DNA of 34,644 nucleotides from a virus (taxonomy: Duplodnaviria; Caudoviricetes), in the IMG/VR virus record IMGVR_UViG_3300024996_000121, positions 1-34,644 of that record, one strand, 5' to 3'. The notes beneath the pieces were generated by a model. That model saw nothing but the letters and a program-made list of their open reading frames with translations. It had not been told where the DNA came from and made no database searches. This document shows, in pieces, positions 1 to 8,844 of this stretch. The stretch's first letter is position 1, and every line of letters starts with the position of its first letter. The position numbers were made by a program, and so were the translations under genes.

Positions 1-357
1 CTACTCGTCTGCGCTGAAAAGAGAAGGCTGGCGGCGGGCGACGTCGACGGCACCCACGCGGCGGATGATCGCGTAGATGGTGGTGGCGTGGAGTCCGTGC
101 TGGTGCGCGAGGGCGTCGATATCGGCGCCAGCGGCGGCGGCCGCAGCGATGGCCTGGTCGCGTTCGCTGATGCGCTGAGCGGTCCAGATAGGGAGATAGA
201 ACTGCTGGCCGGCGTAGGCGTCGCAGAGGCGGCGCACGATCTGCGTGCCCAGGTCACCGGCCTGGGCGGCCGGCATGCCCTGCTCCGCCAGCGTGTCGCT
301 GACGATCTCCGACCAGTCGCGGATGAGCTCGGGGATGCGGTCGGCCGGCTTGGCCAT
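1..357 (-). CDS. mor: Mor/C family transcription activator
   Basis: YAGQQFYLP motif, RDQAI, C-terminal HTH (LAHQHGLHATTIYAIIRR); start MAKPAD overlaps upstream stop (TGATG). Confidence 0.9.
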   Translation of the reverse strand: MAKPADRIPELIRDWSEIVSDTLAEQGMPAAQAGDLGTQIVRRLCDAYAGQQFYLPIWTAQRISERDQAIAAAAAAGADIDALAHQHGLHATTIYAIIRRVGAVDVARRQPSLFSADE

Positions 358-824
358 CAGTAACTCACGCCCAGCCGACCGAGCCACTGCTTGAGGTGCT
401 CGATGACCTTGCCGGCGACAGAGCGCGGCAGCAGGTTGGGATCATCCCAACCGACCTTGTTGGGGTGGTAGACCGCCGACTGGCTGCGTACGTATGCGCG
501 GAGGGCCTTGTCGCTGCCGTCATGGGCGCCACCTGCCTGCGCCAGGCGCGTCCACAGGTGGCGGATCAGCGCAGCCTGGGTGCCCTTGCGGTAAGCCGGG
601 CGGCGATGGCTGGCGTGGCGTGGGTCTTTCCAGCCGCATGCGGCCAGGTGCTTCAGCACGGCCTCGCGGCCGGCGTTGTCCAGGTCTTTGGCAGAGCGCA
701 CGCGGGCGATGGTCCACAGCATGTCGCGGTAAGTGGAATCGTCCATGCCAAGCTGCGTGGCCGCGATGTGGATCATCGCCAGGTGGCCATTGCGGCCAGG
801 TGCCGGTTTGCGCGCGGCGGTCAT
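357..824 (-). CDS. gemA: GemA / Mu gp16 family regulatory protein
   Basis: AMIHIAATQLGMDDSTYRDML...SAKDLD, IRHLW and KVIEHLKQW motifs; adjacent to mor. Confidence 0.9.
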   Translation of the reverse strand: MTAARKPAPGRNGHLAMIHIAATQLGMDDSTYRDMLWTIARVRSAKDLDNAGREAVLKHLAACGWKDPRHASHRRPAYRKGTQAALIRHLWTRLAQAGGAHDGSDKALRAYVRSQSAVYHPNKVGWDDPNLLPRSVAGKVIEHLKQWLGRLGVSY

Positions 825-1060
825 CGCACCACTCCCCCGGCGCCGACTATCCAGGTCTGCACTGCGCACGCTGCCTCGATATATGCAGGCGACGGCGTCT
901 TCGTGATTTCCTGGCCCGGCACGTAGGTAGCCCAGATGCGATCACGTAACACCTTCGGCAACGCGAACCAGTGCGCCTTGCAGCCCCACATATTCGGCGG
1001 CACAACGCGCTTGCAGCCAGGCCAATGGCAGGTGTGTGTGTTCGCGCGGGAGAGGGTCAT
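821..1060 (-). CDS. small Cys/His-rich hypothetical phage protein (79 aa)
   Basis: HTCHWPGC...WGCKAHWFALP; ATGA overlaps on both sides. Confidence 0.8.
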   Translation of the reverse strand: MTLSRANTHTCHWPGCKRVVPPNMWGCKAHWFALPKVLRDRIWATYVPGQEITKTPSPAYIEAACAVQTWIVGAGGVVR

Positions 1061-1194
1061 GGCACGACCCCGCCGGCGCCGACGATCCAGATCGTCACGC
1101 ACGGCACCAGGTTGATGCAGAGGCGGCGGTTGGCCTGCGACCAGTGCACGCCGATCCAGAGGCTGCCCCAGCGGCAGAGGATGCCGGCCTTCAT
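1057..1194 (-). CDS. 45-aa hypothetical protein (MKAGILCRWGSLWIGVHWSQANRRLCINLVPCVTIWIVGAGGVVP)
   Basis: Read from sequence (too short for the ORF track); fills the gap exactly, ATGA overlaps at both ends. Confidence 0.7.
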   Translation of the reverse strand: MKAGILCRWGSLWIGVHWSQANRRLCINLVPCVTIWIVGAGGVVP

Positions 1195-1874
1195 GTGCCC
1201 TGTTCCAACAAGTGGGTCGAGCTGCCGCCGACGCCACGATGCAGTTTCGCTGACGCGCCCGCCACGAAGCCGGCGGCGGCATCGTCGACTGTGGTCTTTC
1301 CGTGTTTGGTCAGATCGCGGCCGGCGCCAGTCGTGCTGTCTGGATAGCGGAGCCTGAAGACATCATCAATGGCCAGGCGCTTGGCCTCCGGCACCTCGAC
1401 CTCCGGGAACAAGTGCCCGATGGCCTGGACCCATCCGCGCGCGAAGACCTCGCCGCGCGCTTCGCGGTTGCCGCGCTTGCGGATCCGTGCCACATATTTG
1501 AAGCGGGCAGCGTCCAGCTGGCGTCGCAGCACGGTGTACGCGTACGCCGAAACCTCGGCATTGCCGTCGCAGCCGTAGAAGCGGATGACGGTTGAAGCGA
1601 CGTGCGGGTTGCTACCGCCGGTGATGATGAACTTAGAGCCGAAGCCATCGGCGACCAATTGCGCCAAGTAGCAAATGCTCACCGGCGGCATTGCGCCGCG
1701 GCAGCGTGTGTTGACCTCGGCTTCGTCAACGTCCATCGCTTCGGCATGGCTGATGCCGTGAGCGCGCATCATGGCCTGGGCCTGGCGTAGTGCCGCGGCG
1801 GCTTCGTTCGTATTGGACGATGCTGCGAGGCGCAAGCACGCCTTGACGTTGCGAAGGATGTGCTGGCGATCCAT
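1191..1874 (-). CDS. DUF2786-type protein
   Basis: N-terminal ILRNVKACLRLAASSNTNEAAAALRQAQAMM signature; common in Mu-like early regions. Confidence 0.8.
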   Translation of the reverse strand: MDRQHILRNVKACLRLAASSNTNEAAAALRQAQAMMRAHGISHAEAMDVDEAEVNTRCRGAMPPVSICYLAQLVADGFGSKFIITGGSNPHVASTVIRFYGCDGNAEVSAYAYTVLRRQLDAARFKYVARIRKRGNREARGEVFARGWVQAIGHLFPEVEVPEAKRLAIDDVFRLRYPDSTTGAGRDLTKHGKTTVDDAAAGFVAGASAKLHRGVGGSSTHLLEQGT

Positions 1875-2323
1875 CACTCGCCCCCCGCTGACAGGGAGGG
1901 CAATCCGGCGATGCTATGGATCGCTGGCTGGGACGGGGCGGCGGCGAGCATGGCTCGATAGCCTTCCCGCACTGATTCAGCCGCGCTGTTCTGTCGACGT
2001 CGCGCACCCTCTTTGACCATTGCGTCTGTCGGCTCAATCGGCACCAACTTCCACCCCTCAGGCACACTCACGCGCTCGGCTTCCAACTTCCGCACCGCCT
2101 CGATTACCCACGGGGCGCATTCGACGTTCGGGCGCAGACGGGATGACAGCGAGCCGTCACCCTGCTTGTTCGGCTCCGGCTTGGCAATGTTGGCGTCAAT
2201 GACGTCCGCAAGTTCGTTGTGCGTGTTCGCCCATGTGGTATTTCCGTCCAATGCGGCAGCCTCGGCCGAGAACCGATGCCAGTCGCGGACGTCCAGCAGT
2301 GTCAGGTTCCTCGACCCATTCAT
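1874..2323 (-). CDS. hypothetical phage protein with VPEGWKLVPIEPTDAM module
   Basis: Recurrent phage accessory motif; overlap-coupled to rdgC. Confidence 0.7.
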   Translation of the reverse strand: MNGSRNLTLLDVRDWHRFSAEAAALDGNTTWANTHNELADVIDANIAKPEPNKQGDGSLSSRLRPNVECAPWVIEAVRKLEAERVSVPEGWKLVPIEPTDAMVKEGARRRQNSAAESVREGYRAMLAAAPSQPAIHSIAGLPSLSAGGE

Positions 2324-3243
2324 GCCACACCGCCTTGCGGCCGCGGGATGCCGAACCACTCCGCGAGTTTGTGGAGCAGGCGTTCGAGCTCCAGCGTCAT
2401 CAGTGCGAAGCTGGCGTCCAGCTCGGCGGTGGCGTCGTATGTCGAGTCGGCCAGCTCATCCACCACGACGTCCAGGAACTTGAGCTTGCGAATTACTAGG
2501 TCTTCGCCGAGCACGAAGCTGATGCGTTCATCGAACACCAGGCCGAGGGCGAACACCTGCTTACCGCTGCGGAGGTGCTCCTTCACCTCGTCGCTGTCGA
2601 GATCCACATTGCGGCCTTTCCAGCGGCTGCCCGCGGGGGTGGCCGGGTCACGCAACTCGCATTCATCACCCAGCGCCAGCTTGGCCGGCAGCGTGCCGTT
2701 GGCAAGCCAATCGGTGAGCAGAATACGTGTGCCCCTCTCGGGCGCCGGCGGCACCGCGGGGAAGCTTCCGAGTGCCTGGCGGATCTGTGTTACCGCGTTC
2801 TCAGCCGCCTTGCGGCTGGCGGTGTCGAGCACCAGCCAGCCGTTTTCCATGTCCGCGTAACCGGATAGCCGCGAGCTACGCACGAACGCGCGCAGCAGCA
2901 GCTCGGTGAGCAGATCGTCCCTGAGCAGCTTGCGCTCGCGACCACCAACCCTGCGACCCTGATCGTGGGCGATCTGTTGGACCTTGCGTTGCAGCTCGTC
3001 GTTGACGACCGCTGCCGGCAGCAGCTTGTCCTGACCACCGATGGTGAACAACGTGCAATGCCCCGTCGTACGGACCAGCGGCGCAGACTCTTGGCCACCG
3101 ATCGGCGGCACGAAACCACGTGTGGCCAATTCCATTGGTCCGACTGCGCGCAGGCGATGGTCAGCGAGCGCCTCGCCCAACCGGGACAGGTCGGCACCGA
3201 CGACTGGAGAAAACCGGAACAGCGAGAGGTTACGGAAGAACAT
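2320..3243 (-). CDS. rdgC: recombination-associated protein RdgC
   Basis: MFFRNLSLFRF start, KLLPAAVVNDEL, LGSFPAVP, HLRSGKQVFALGL; 307 aa; RBS AGGAG. Confidence 0.95.
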   Translation of the reverse strand: MFFRNLSLFRFSPVVGADLSRLGEALADHRLRAVGPMELATRGFVPPIGGQESAPLVRTTGHCTLFTIGGQDKLLPAAVVNDELQRKVQQIAHDQGRRVGGRERKLLRDDLLTELLLRAFVRSSRLSGYADMENGWLVLDTASRKAAENAVTQIRQALGSFPAVPPAPERGTRILLTDWLANGTLPAKLALGDECELRDPATPAGSRWKGRNVDLDSDEVKEHLRSGKQVFALGLVFDERISFVLGEDLVIRKLKFLDVVVDELADSTYDATAELDASFALMTLELERLLHKLAEWFGIPRPQGGVA

Positions 3244-3262
3244 GGTTGTGCTCCTATTGGGC

Positions 3263-3284
3263 GAGCGGCGAACGTTCGCCGCTC
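3263..3284. promoter_or_regulatory. 22-bp perfect palindrome GAGCGGCGAACGTTCGCCGCTC, copy 1
   Basis: Identical copy at 3802-3823; just upstream of the rdgC RBS. Confidence 0.6.
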
Positions 3285-3373
3285 AGGTTCTGGCGCATGC
3301 ACTGCGCGGTGACGTATTGACTCGGAACGCCGACGCGCACACGGTTGGTGGCCACCTCACGATGGAGATGGAC

Positions 3374-3550
3374 ATGCAAGATCTTGAACACTTCGGCAAC
3401 GTTGGCGAGTTGGACACTGCGCTGCGTATGGTTGAATCGGAATTGCCCGCGAGCAGCAGCTGCTTGCAAAGCGTGTTGGCGGTGGCGGTCTATGCCGTCC
3501 ACCAGATCGTCGCGGCGATCGACCGGCACGCCCCTCCGCGCCCGGATTGA
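3374..3550 (+). CDS. small antisense-oriented hypothetical protein (MQDLEHFGNVGELDTALRMVES...)
   Basis: GGAG RBS at 3364-3367; amphipathic protein-like sequence; overlapped by minus ORF 3254-3577. Confidence 0.5.
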   Translation: MQDLEHFGNVGELDTALRMVESELPASSSCLQSVLAVAVYAVHQIVAAIDRHAPPRPD

Positions 3551-3579
3551 TTTGTCGCGGTCGTCGCGCGCGCGCATTT

Positions 3580-3825
3580 TCACAATCCCCCACGGGTGCC
3601 GTCGGTCGCCGCTGTTGCGGTGATCCGCGTTCCCCTGTTGCTGGCCAGATGCGAAACCGCGCCCTTGATCGCCGTCTGCCACGCCGGCACCTCACGGCCA
3701 TGCTTGTCCAGCAACACCCACAGCCGCGCGCGTTGGCCACTGCGCACCTTGCCGCCAGCCTTGATCACGGCCAGGACTTGGGCCTTCCTGGTCAAGGTGG
3801 GGAGCGGCGAACGTTCGCCGCTCAT
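3580..3825 (-). CDS. hypothetical protein
   Basis: 81-aa ORF, ATGA overlap with gam. Confidence 0.7.
   Translation of the reverse strand: MSGERSPLPTLTRKAQVLAVIKAGGKVRSGQRARLWVLLDKHGREVPAWQTAIKGAVSHLASNRGTRITATAATDGTRGGL
3802..3823. promoter_or_regulatory. 22-bp perfect palindrome, copy 2
   Basis: Exact match to 3263-3284; covers the first codons of ORF 3580-3825. Confidence 0.6.
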
Positions 3826-4343
3826 GCCTGGACCGCCTCGACATCTTCATCGTTGATTAGGGCGGCGATCAGCTTGTCGAGCTCGCCGTCGACGGGCTTC
3901 AGCACCACCGCGTCGATGTCGTCGGCGATGCGTACGCCCAGGCGCTTGAGATCGCCGGCGGCGAGATTGGACAGCGCGGCAGCGACTGGCTTGTCTGTGG
4001 TCTTGATCAGCGTCTCTGCCTGGTCCGGGAGCAGCTTGCGGATCAGCCGCACCACGTTGTCGGCGTCGCCGATTTCCAGCTTGCCGCGCTGCTTCATCCA
4101 GCCGACCTTGATGCCGTGCAGGACGCGGGTCTTTGGCGACTTGAACTCGTCCTTGCTGACCTCGATTGCTTCCTTCAGCTCGCCGTGGGCAGCGGTGAAG
4201 CGCGCCAGGGAATTCTTGATGCCCTGGATACGACGGCGTTTGGCGGATTCCTGCTCGTCGCGGAGATCCTGCAGCCGGCTGGCCAGTTCGTCGCGGGCGC
4301 TCGCAAAAACCTTAGCGCGTGACTCGATTTCCTGCATTTGCAT
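3822..4343 (-). CDS. gam: Mu Gam-like host-nuclease inhibitor
   Basis: N-terminal coiled coil followed by KTRVLHGIKVGWMKQRG and LKRLGVRI; about 173 aa; early-region position. Confidence 0.8.
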   Translation of the reverse strand: MQMQEIESRAKVFASARDELASRLQDLRDEQESAKRRRIQGIKNSLARFTAAHGELKEAIEVSKDEFKSPKTRVLHGIKVGWMKQRGKLEIGDADNVVRLIRKLLPDQAETLIKTTDKPVAAALSNLAAGDLKRLGVRIADDIDAVVLKPVDGELDKLIAALINDEDVEAVQA

Positions 4344-4348
4344 GGTGG

Positions 4349-4558
4349 TCAATCCTCGTATTTGGTGCCGCAGAACGGGCAATGGGTGGCGATGGTGATG
4401 GGCTGTTGCCGGCGCCCTGCGGAGTCGGTGAATTCGACGCGAACCAACACGCGCGGCACGCCGTTGCGGCCGTGCTCGTCGAGCGCCGTCATGGTCTTGA
4501 GCTGGGTGCCGCCAATGCGCAGCTGGCGGTTGACGGTGCTGATGCACGTGCAAGTCAT
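4349..4558 (-). CDS. small Zn-binding hypothetical protein
   Basis: CTC at N-terminus, HCPFCG at C-terminus. Confidence 0.75.
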   Translation of the reverse strand: MTCTCISTVNRQLRIGGTQLKTMTALDEHGRNGVPRVLVRVEFTDSAGRRQQPITIATHCPFCGTKYED

Positions 4559-4857
4559 GCCCGCGCCTCGCGGTCCAGCAGCAGCTTCAGCGCGCCCTGG
4601 GCTTGCTCAACGGTCAGTCCGGAGACCCATTCGTCAACCGTCGGCCAATCGCACGCATTCAGCGGTGCATGCACGCCAGCGGCATAGAAGACCGCGCGCC
4701 AAGCCGTGCCGGTGCGATCGTTTGCGCTGAGCCTGGCCGGTACCAACCCGCCCCGCGCCAGGCATCGAAGCAACTTCGCGCGTTGCGCACTGGTCGCGCG
4801 CTTTGGCTTTGCGTGTGGGCTCTGGCGGTTGACGTTGCGGACACCGGTGCAGGTCAT
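4555..4857 (-). CDS. hypothetical protein
   Basis: ATGA-coupled chain. Confidence 0.7.
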   Translation of the reverse strand: MTCTGVRNVNRQSPHAKPKRATSAQRAKLLRCLARGGLVPARLSANDRTGTAWRAVFYAAGVHAPLNACDWPTVDEWVSGLTVEQAQGALKLLLDREARA

Positions 4858-5054
4858 GCCAGCACCTCGCCGAAGGCACGGCCGGACCAGTAGGCAGCGA
4901 GGGCACGATGGGCGTCAGCGGCGGCGCGATGGGCATCATCGCCAGCGGTGCTGTGGTCGCACACCACATAGCCGTCGGCTCGAACCAACGCGTTGAAACA
5001 CAGTTGAGCGAAGTTGGCGATGCGGCGCTTTTTCTCCGCGGTGAGTTCGCTCAT
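4854..5054 (-). CDS. hypothetical protein
   Basis: ATGA-coupled chain. Confidence 0.65.
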   Translation of the reverse strand: MSELTAEKKRRIANFAQLCFNALVRADGYVVCDHSTAGDDAHRAAADAHRALAAYWSGRAFGEVLA

Positions 5055-5395
5055 GACGGCAACCTCATCTGCCCGACCAGGTCGGGAATCGATACCCGCT
5101 TCATGGCGCTGATCTGCTGGAGTCCGGACATCGAACGCGACTTGAGGAAGCTGCAGGTTTCCTCCAGCTCTTCGGCGCTGTCGGCGAGGAAGTAGCCATC
5201 GCGCGGATGCGCGCAGACGTGGTGGCCGGCCATGCGCAGCTCGACGACCAGGGTGCGCAGCGCACGCTCGTCGCCAGTGGTGGGTGGCACACCCAACACC
5301 TGACGACAGAGCGCGGTCGCGGTGACGCCGTGGCGGCGCCCGATGTGCTGCCGCAGCGCGGCGAGCAAGGTGTCACGGGTGAGTTCGTTAGGCAT
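5051..5395 (-). CDS. winged-helix DNA-binding protein
   Basis: HIGRRHGVTATAL...ERALRTLVVELRMAGHHVCAHPRDGYFLA pattern. Confidence 0.75.
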   Translation of the reverse strand: MPNELTRDTLLAALRQHIGRRHGVTATALCRQVLGVPPTTGDERALRTLVVELRMAGHHVCAHPRDGYFLADSAEELEETCSFLKSRSMSGLQQISAMKRVSIPDLVGQMRLPS

Positions 5396-5963
5396 CGAGG
5401 GCCTCCGGGGGAAAGTCGATTTCGGCGAGGCGGAGTTCCGCCTTCGCGCGGTCGATCAAGCCGAGGCGGAAATCGCCACGGACCTGCGAGAGTTTTTCGA
5501 CGCGCTGCATGCGCTCATCTGCGGCGGCGCGGTGCTGGCCTTTCTGGCGGCTGACTTCGACCGCCTGCTCGGCTTTGGCGGCGCCGCGCTCCGCGGCGGC
5601 AAAGACGATTTCCAATAGGTAACCGTGGGACTTCAACGGGAGCGTCAGCTTGTCGTTGTTGCGCAGATCCACCATCTGCTCGAGCGCGGTGCGCCACAGG
5701 TCAATCGGCGCCTGGCGCACGTTGCCATTACGGGTGACGGTGCCCGCGTCGAGCATGGGCACCAGCTCGGCCATGATCCGGTCGGCGCGGTCGTGCGCAA
5801 GCGCGCGGCCCTTGGCGCGGAACATCCCCAGGTACTGGGCCCAGAGGCCCGCGAGCGGTGCCGGCATGTGCAGCGCGTGCAGCAGTGCGCTACGGGACGC
5901 GTCCATCTGCAGGGCGACGTCCAGGCTGAAGGTGGCGCAGCAGCTGGGGCACGTGATGCGCAT
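5388..5963 (-). CDS. conserved Mu-like phage protein with N-terminal CPSC
   Basis: MRITCPSC, YLGMFR and PLKSHGYLLEI motifs. Confidence 0.75.
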   Translation of the reverse strand: MRITCPSCCATFSLDVALQMDASRSALLHALHMPAPLAGLWAQYLGMFRAKGRALAHDRADRIMAELVPMLDAGTVTRNGNVRQAPIDLWRTALEQMVDLRNNDKLTLPLKSHGYLLEIVFAAAERGAAKAEQAVEVSRQKGQHRAAADERMQRVEKLSQVRGDFRLGLIDRAKAELRLAEIDFPPEALDA

Positions 5964-5965
5964 TG

Positions 5966-6256
5966 CTACCTCCGGCTCGGCAGCGGTGCGTCGGCGCGGT
6001 TACGTTTGCGGCTGCCGTGCCAGAGCTTCTGGATCAGGATGGCGCCGCGCTGGCGCATCGAATGCTCCATGCGGCGTTCGCAGCGATGCAGCTTCGGCTC
6101 GGGAAATTCGCGAGCCTCAATGCGCTCGACACGGTCAAGCATCTGGTGCGGGTACGCGAGGAACGCCTCCAGGGAGATGCCGTGGCCGCGCACGTTGCGC
6201 GCGACATAGATGTCGGCCCAGTGGTTGAGGGTTTCGTCGGGGTAGCGTTTCGTCAT
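5966..6256 (-). CDS. hypothetical protein
   Basis: Start MTKRYP with AGGAG RBS; ATGA overlap with upstream gene. Confidence 0.7.
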   Translation of the reverse strand: MTKRYPDETLNHWADIYVARNVRGHGISLEAFLAYPHQMLDRVERIEAREFPEPKLHRCERRMEHSMRQRGAILIQKLWHGSRKRNRADAPLPSRR

Positions 6257-6495
6257 GAGTTGCGCTCCTGTGGAGACTGGCCCCGGACGGCCCGCCAGGC
6301 CGCGAGCCAGCGAAATGACGTGGCACGGCTCACATCGAACTGGCACTCGATGTCGAACGCGCTGGGTTCGCGACGCAGCTGCTGCGCCCAGGTGACGAAG
6401 CGCAGCGCCAATTCGAAACTGTGGGCGACACCAGCGATGCGTATGCCCAGCTGCGCGAACTGGTGAGACCGTTGGCGGGCGCGAACGGTGTTCAT
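6253..6495 (-). CDS. small HTH protein
   Basis: DIECQFDVSRATSFRWLAAW is HTH-like. Confidence 0.7.
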   Translation of the reverse strand: MNTVRARQRSHQFAQLGIRIAGVAHSFELALRFVTWAQQLRREPSAFDIECQFDVSRATSFRWLAAWRAVRGQSPQERNS

Positions 6496-6719
6496 GGCGT
6501 TGCCAGCTCGGGGCTGATCAACGCCCTCGCCAACGCGCGCGCCTGATCGCCGGTGATCGCGTTGAGCACGTCGTCGATGCGATCGCCGACCTGCCACGTG
6601 GTGATGCCAGCGCGTTCGCAATACGGCAGCAGCTCCACGGTGACGTGCAGCGAGCTGATCTCCAGCTCGGTCAGCAGGCAGCGGACGTGCAGGCGCTGGT
6701 GCGGGGTAGACGCGGCCAT
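6492..6719 (-). CDS. hypothetical protein
   Basis: Start MAASTP overlapping the B-protein stop. Confidence 0.65.
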   Translation of the reverse strand: MAASTPHQRLHVRCLLTELEISSLHVTVELLPYCERAGITTWQVGDRIDDVLNAITGDQARALARALISPELATP

Positions 6720-7972
6720 CAGACCCTGCCCACCAACTCGCCGCTGATCTTGTCCAGCCCCAGCTCCACCGCCTGGTTCATGCACTTGACGATCAGGTTC
6801 TGCACCACCAGCGGGTACATCTGCGTCTCCACCTCGTTGGTGCCGGGGCGGCGGCGCGTGAGGCGGGCGCGGATGGCGTCGTAGGCGTCGGCCTCGAACA
6901 GGTCGGCCGGCCTGGCACCGACGCGCTTGAACTTGAGCGTGAGGTATTCCTCCAGGTTGCCGTTGAGCGGCTTGAGCCTGGCCTGTTCGATACGGCGGAT
7001 CACCTCGCGGATGTCCGGGTTGCGGCGCTCGTCGAGCAGATTGGCCAGCTCGGGCTGCCCGATCAGCACAATGCCGAGCAGCTTCTTGAAGCCGTCCTCC
7101 AGCTCCCAGAATCGCTTCAGGTATTTCAGCGTGTATTTGTTGAGGTCGTGGGCCTCTTCGATCATCAGCACGTGCGAAATGCCGGTGTCGGCACTACTGG
7201 CCAGCAGGCGTTCCACTTGGCGCGCCTTGGCCTCCTTGCTGAGCCTGGGAACCTCGGTGCTGATGTCGGCGATGATCGCGTCGCAGATGTGCGAAGTGGT
7301 GAGCTCGCGCTTGTCCACGGTCTTCACGTTGATGATGACGATAGGCTCGTCGTCGCGGCGGATGCGGTCCACCAGGTCGCGCCGCAGCGTGCTCTTGCCG
7401 CTGCCGGATTCGCCGATGATGGCGACGAAGCCACCGTGTTTGGCTGCGTAGTACATGGACTCACGCACGTAGCGCTGGTCCTTGCTGAGATAGACATCCT
7501 GCGGGCCTTGCACGTCATCCACGAACGGGTGGCGCGCTAGGCGGAAGTGATCGCGTGCAGCGGGACTAAGCATTTCTGCCTCCGGGAGGTTGAAGTCGTC
7601 GGCCGATGGAGTCTCGGCAATGGGTTTAGCGGCGGCGAATACGCCGCGCGTATCTGTGGGGGTGTGCTCGACCGTTTCGCCTTCGAGCATCCAGGCGGTG
7701 GCGATCTCGGCCTCGGGCACGGCGCGACCGCGTAGGAACTCGGCTACCTGTGCCTTGACGGTTTCCGGCCGCATCGTGCGCGGCCATGCGTGTCGCGTGA
7801 GCAAGCTAGACAGCGTGCTGGGCGCCAGCATGGCGCCTGCCCGGCCGCCGGCCTCGTAGGTCATTGCGCGGCGCAGATCGCTCTGCGAAATGCCGTGGCG
7901 CAACAGCAAGGCGTGCAGCTGATAGGGCTTTTCGCTGCGCTCGCTGGTGATGGGTCGGCCCATACGCGCCAT
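6719..7972 (-). CDS. transposition B protein, ExeA-type AAA ATPase with N-terminal HTH
   Basis: Walker A GESGSGKS, Walker B LMIEEAH, IVLIGQPEL; downstream of transposase. Confidence 0.9.
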   Translation of the reverse strand: MARMGRPITSERSEKPYQLHALLLRHGISQSDLRRAMTYEAGGRAGAMLAPSTLSSLLTRHAWPRTMRPETVKAQVAEFLRGRAVPEAEIATAWMLEGETVEHTPTDTRGVFAAAKPIAETPSADDFNLPEAEMLSPAARDHFRLARHPFVDDVQGPQDVYLSKDQRYVRESMYYAAKHGGFVAIIGESGSGKSTLRRDLVDRIRRDDEPIVIINVKTVDKRELTTSHICDAIIADISTEVPRLSKEAKARQVERLLASSADTGISHVLMIEEAHDLNKYTLKYLKRFWELEDGFKKLLGIVLIGQPELANLLDERRNPDIREVIRRIEQARLKPLNGNLEEYLTLKFKRVGARPADLFEADAYDAIRARLTRRRPGTNEVETQMYPLVVQNLIVKCMNQAVELGLDKISGELVGRV

Positions 7973-7973
7973 G

Positions 7974-8273
7974 TCATTGCTCCAGGGCGAATGTGGCCGG
8001 CCTGGCTTCATGCACGCGTCGCACGTGGGTGGTGCGCTTGAGCTTGAGAAGCTGGCCAGGCACGTAGCCTTCGCTGTCGTGATTGACAGCGACCACGACG
8101 GCCCATGCAATTTCGCCATCGGGCGCGTCGGCGCCGGCGTACGACATCAGCACCAGCACTTCGCTGGTGGAATCGAGGCGGATGAAATGCTGCCCAGGTC
8201 GCAGCAGCGCGACAGGGGTGAGCGGTGTCTTTACGGCGACAGGAGCGGGTACGGCAATGGCTTGTGCGTGCAT
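7974..8273 (-). CDS. hypothetical protein
   Basis: GGAG RBS; beta-rich 99-aa ORF filling the gap. Confidence 0.7.
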   Translation of the reverse strand: MHAQAIAVPAPVAVKTPLTPVALLRPGQHFIRLDSTSEVLVLMSYAGADAPDGEIAWAVVVAVNHDSEGYVPGQLLKLKRTTHVRRVHEARPATFALEQ

Positions 8274-8306
8274 GCTGATCTCCAGATCAGTGGGTGGAGC
8301 AACGGA

Positions 8307-8828
8307 TTACAGGCGTGAGGTGAACTCCTCGCGCTGCGGGTTGAAGTGGGTGGGCAGGAGCCGCTGGTCGTCGGCTGCGATTGCCGCCTTGACCGCGTCC
8401 AGAACGTTGGTGTCCTGGGTAGCAGCGAGCCGCTCAGAATCGACCCGGCGCATGTGCTGCTGCAGCGCAGTCAGGTCGGTGTATAGCGGCTCATCTGCAG
8501 CGCCGGTGGTGGCGGGCATGTCCCGTGGCGCGAGCGCCAAGCGCTCCACCTGCCGCAGAAACACGATGGGCGTGGCGCCGAACAACATGCGCGTATGGCC
8601 GGTCGGGTAGTACTCGGGCTCGCCGCGACCGACGCGGCAGGCCACCACCACCACGGCCAGCAGCGCGTCGGGGTTGAAACGCGCCGCGGGAAGGATCTCT
8701 GCATCCCGGCCGGCACACTTGAGTGCGCACACGCACTCGATCAGGTCTGGGCCCAGCGGGACGAACAGGTCGTCGGCCGACGCTTCGGCCAGCAGGTTCG
8801 GGGTGTCGATATTGAATGTCGCTTGCAT
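8307..8828 (-). CDS. hypothetical protein
   Basis: Start MQATFN with AAGGAG RBS. Confidence 0.7.
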   Translation of the reverse strand: MQATFNIDTPNLLAEASADDLFVPLGPDLIECVCALKCAGRDAEILPAARFNPDALLAVVVVACRVGRGEPEYYPTGHTRMLFGATPIVFLRQVERLALAPRDMPATTGAADEPLYTDLTALQQHMRRVDSERLAATQDTNVLDAVKAAIAADDQRLLPTHFNPQREEFTSRL

Positions 8829-8844
8829 GCTTGCTCTCCTTGGG

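Noticed and set aside
2320-3243. rdgC in a phage as a novelty or as a host gene marking the prophage edge
   Set aside because: Phage-borne rdgC is known, and this copy is overlap-coupled within the early operon
3263-3824. Palindromic repeats as a CRISPR array or transposon ends
   Set aside because: Only two exact copies about 540 bp apart, no spacer periodicity, no cas genes, and internal to the operon
6719-7972. ExeA-like ATPase as a type II secretion component
   Set aside because: Context near the transposase identifies it as the transposition B protein
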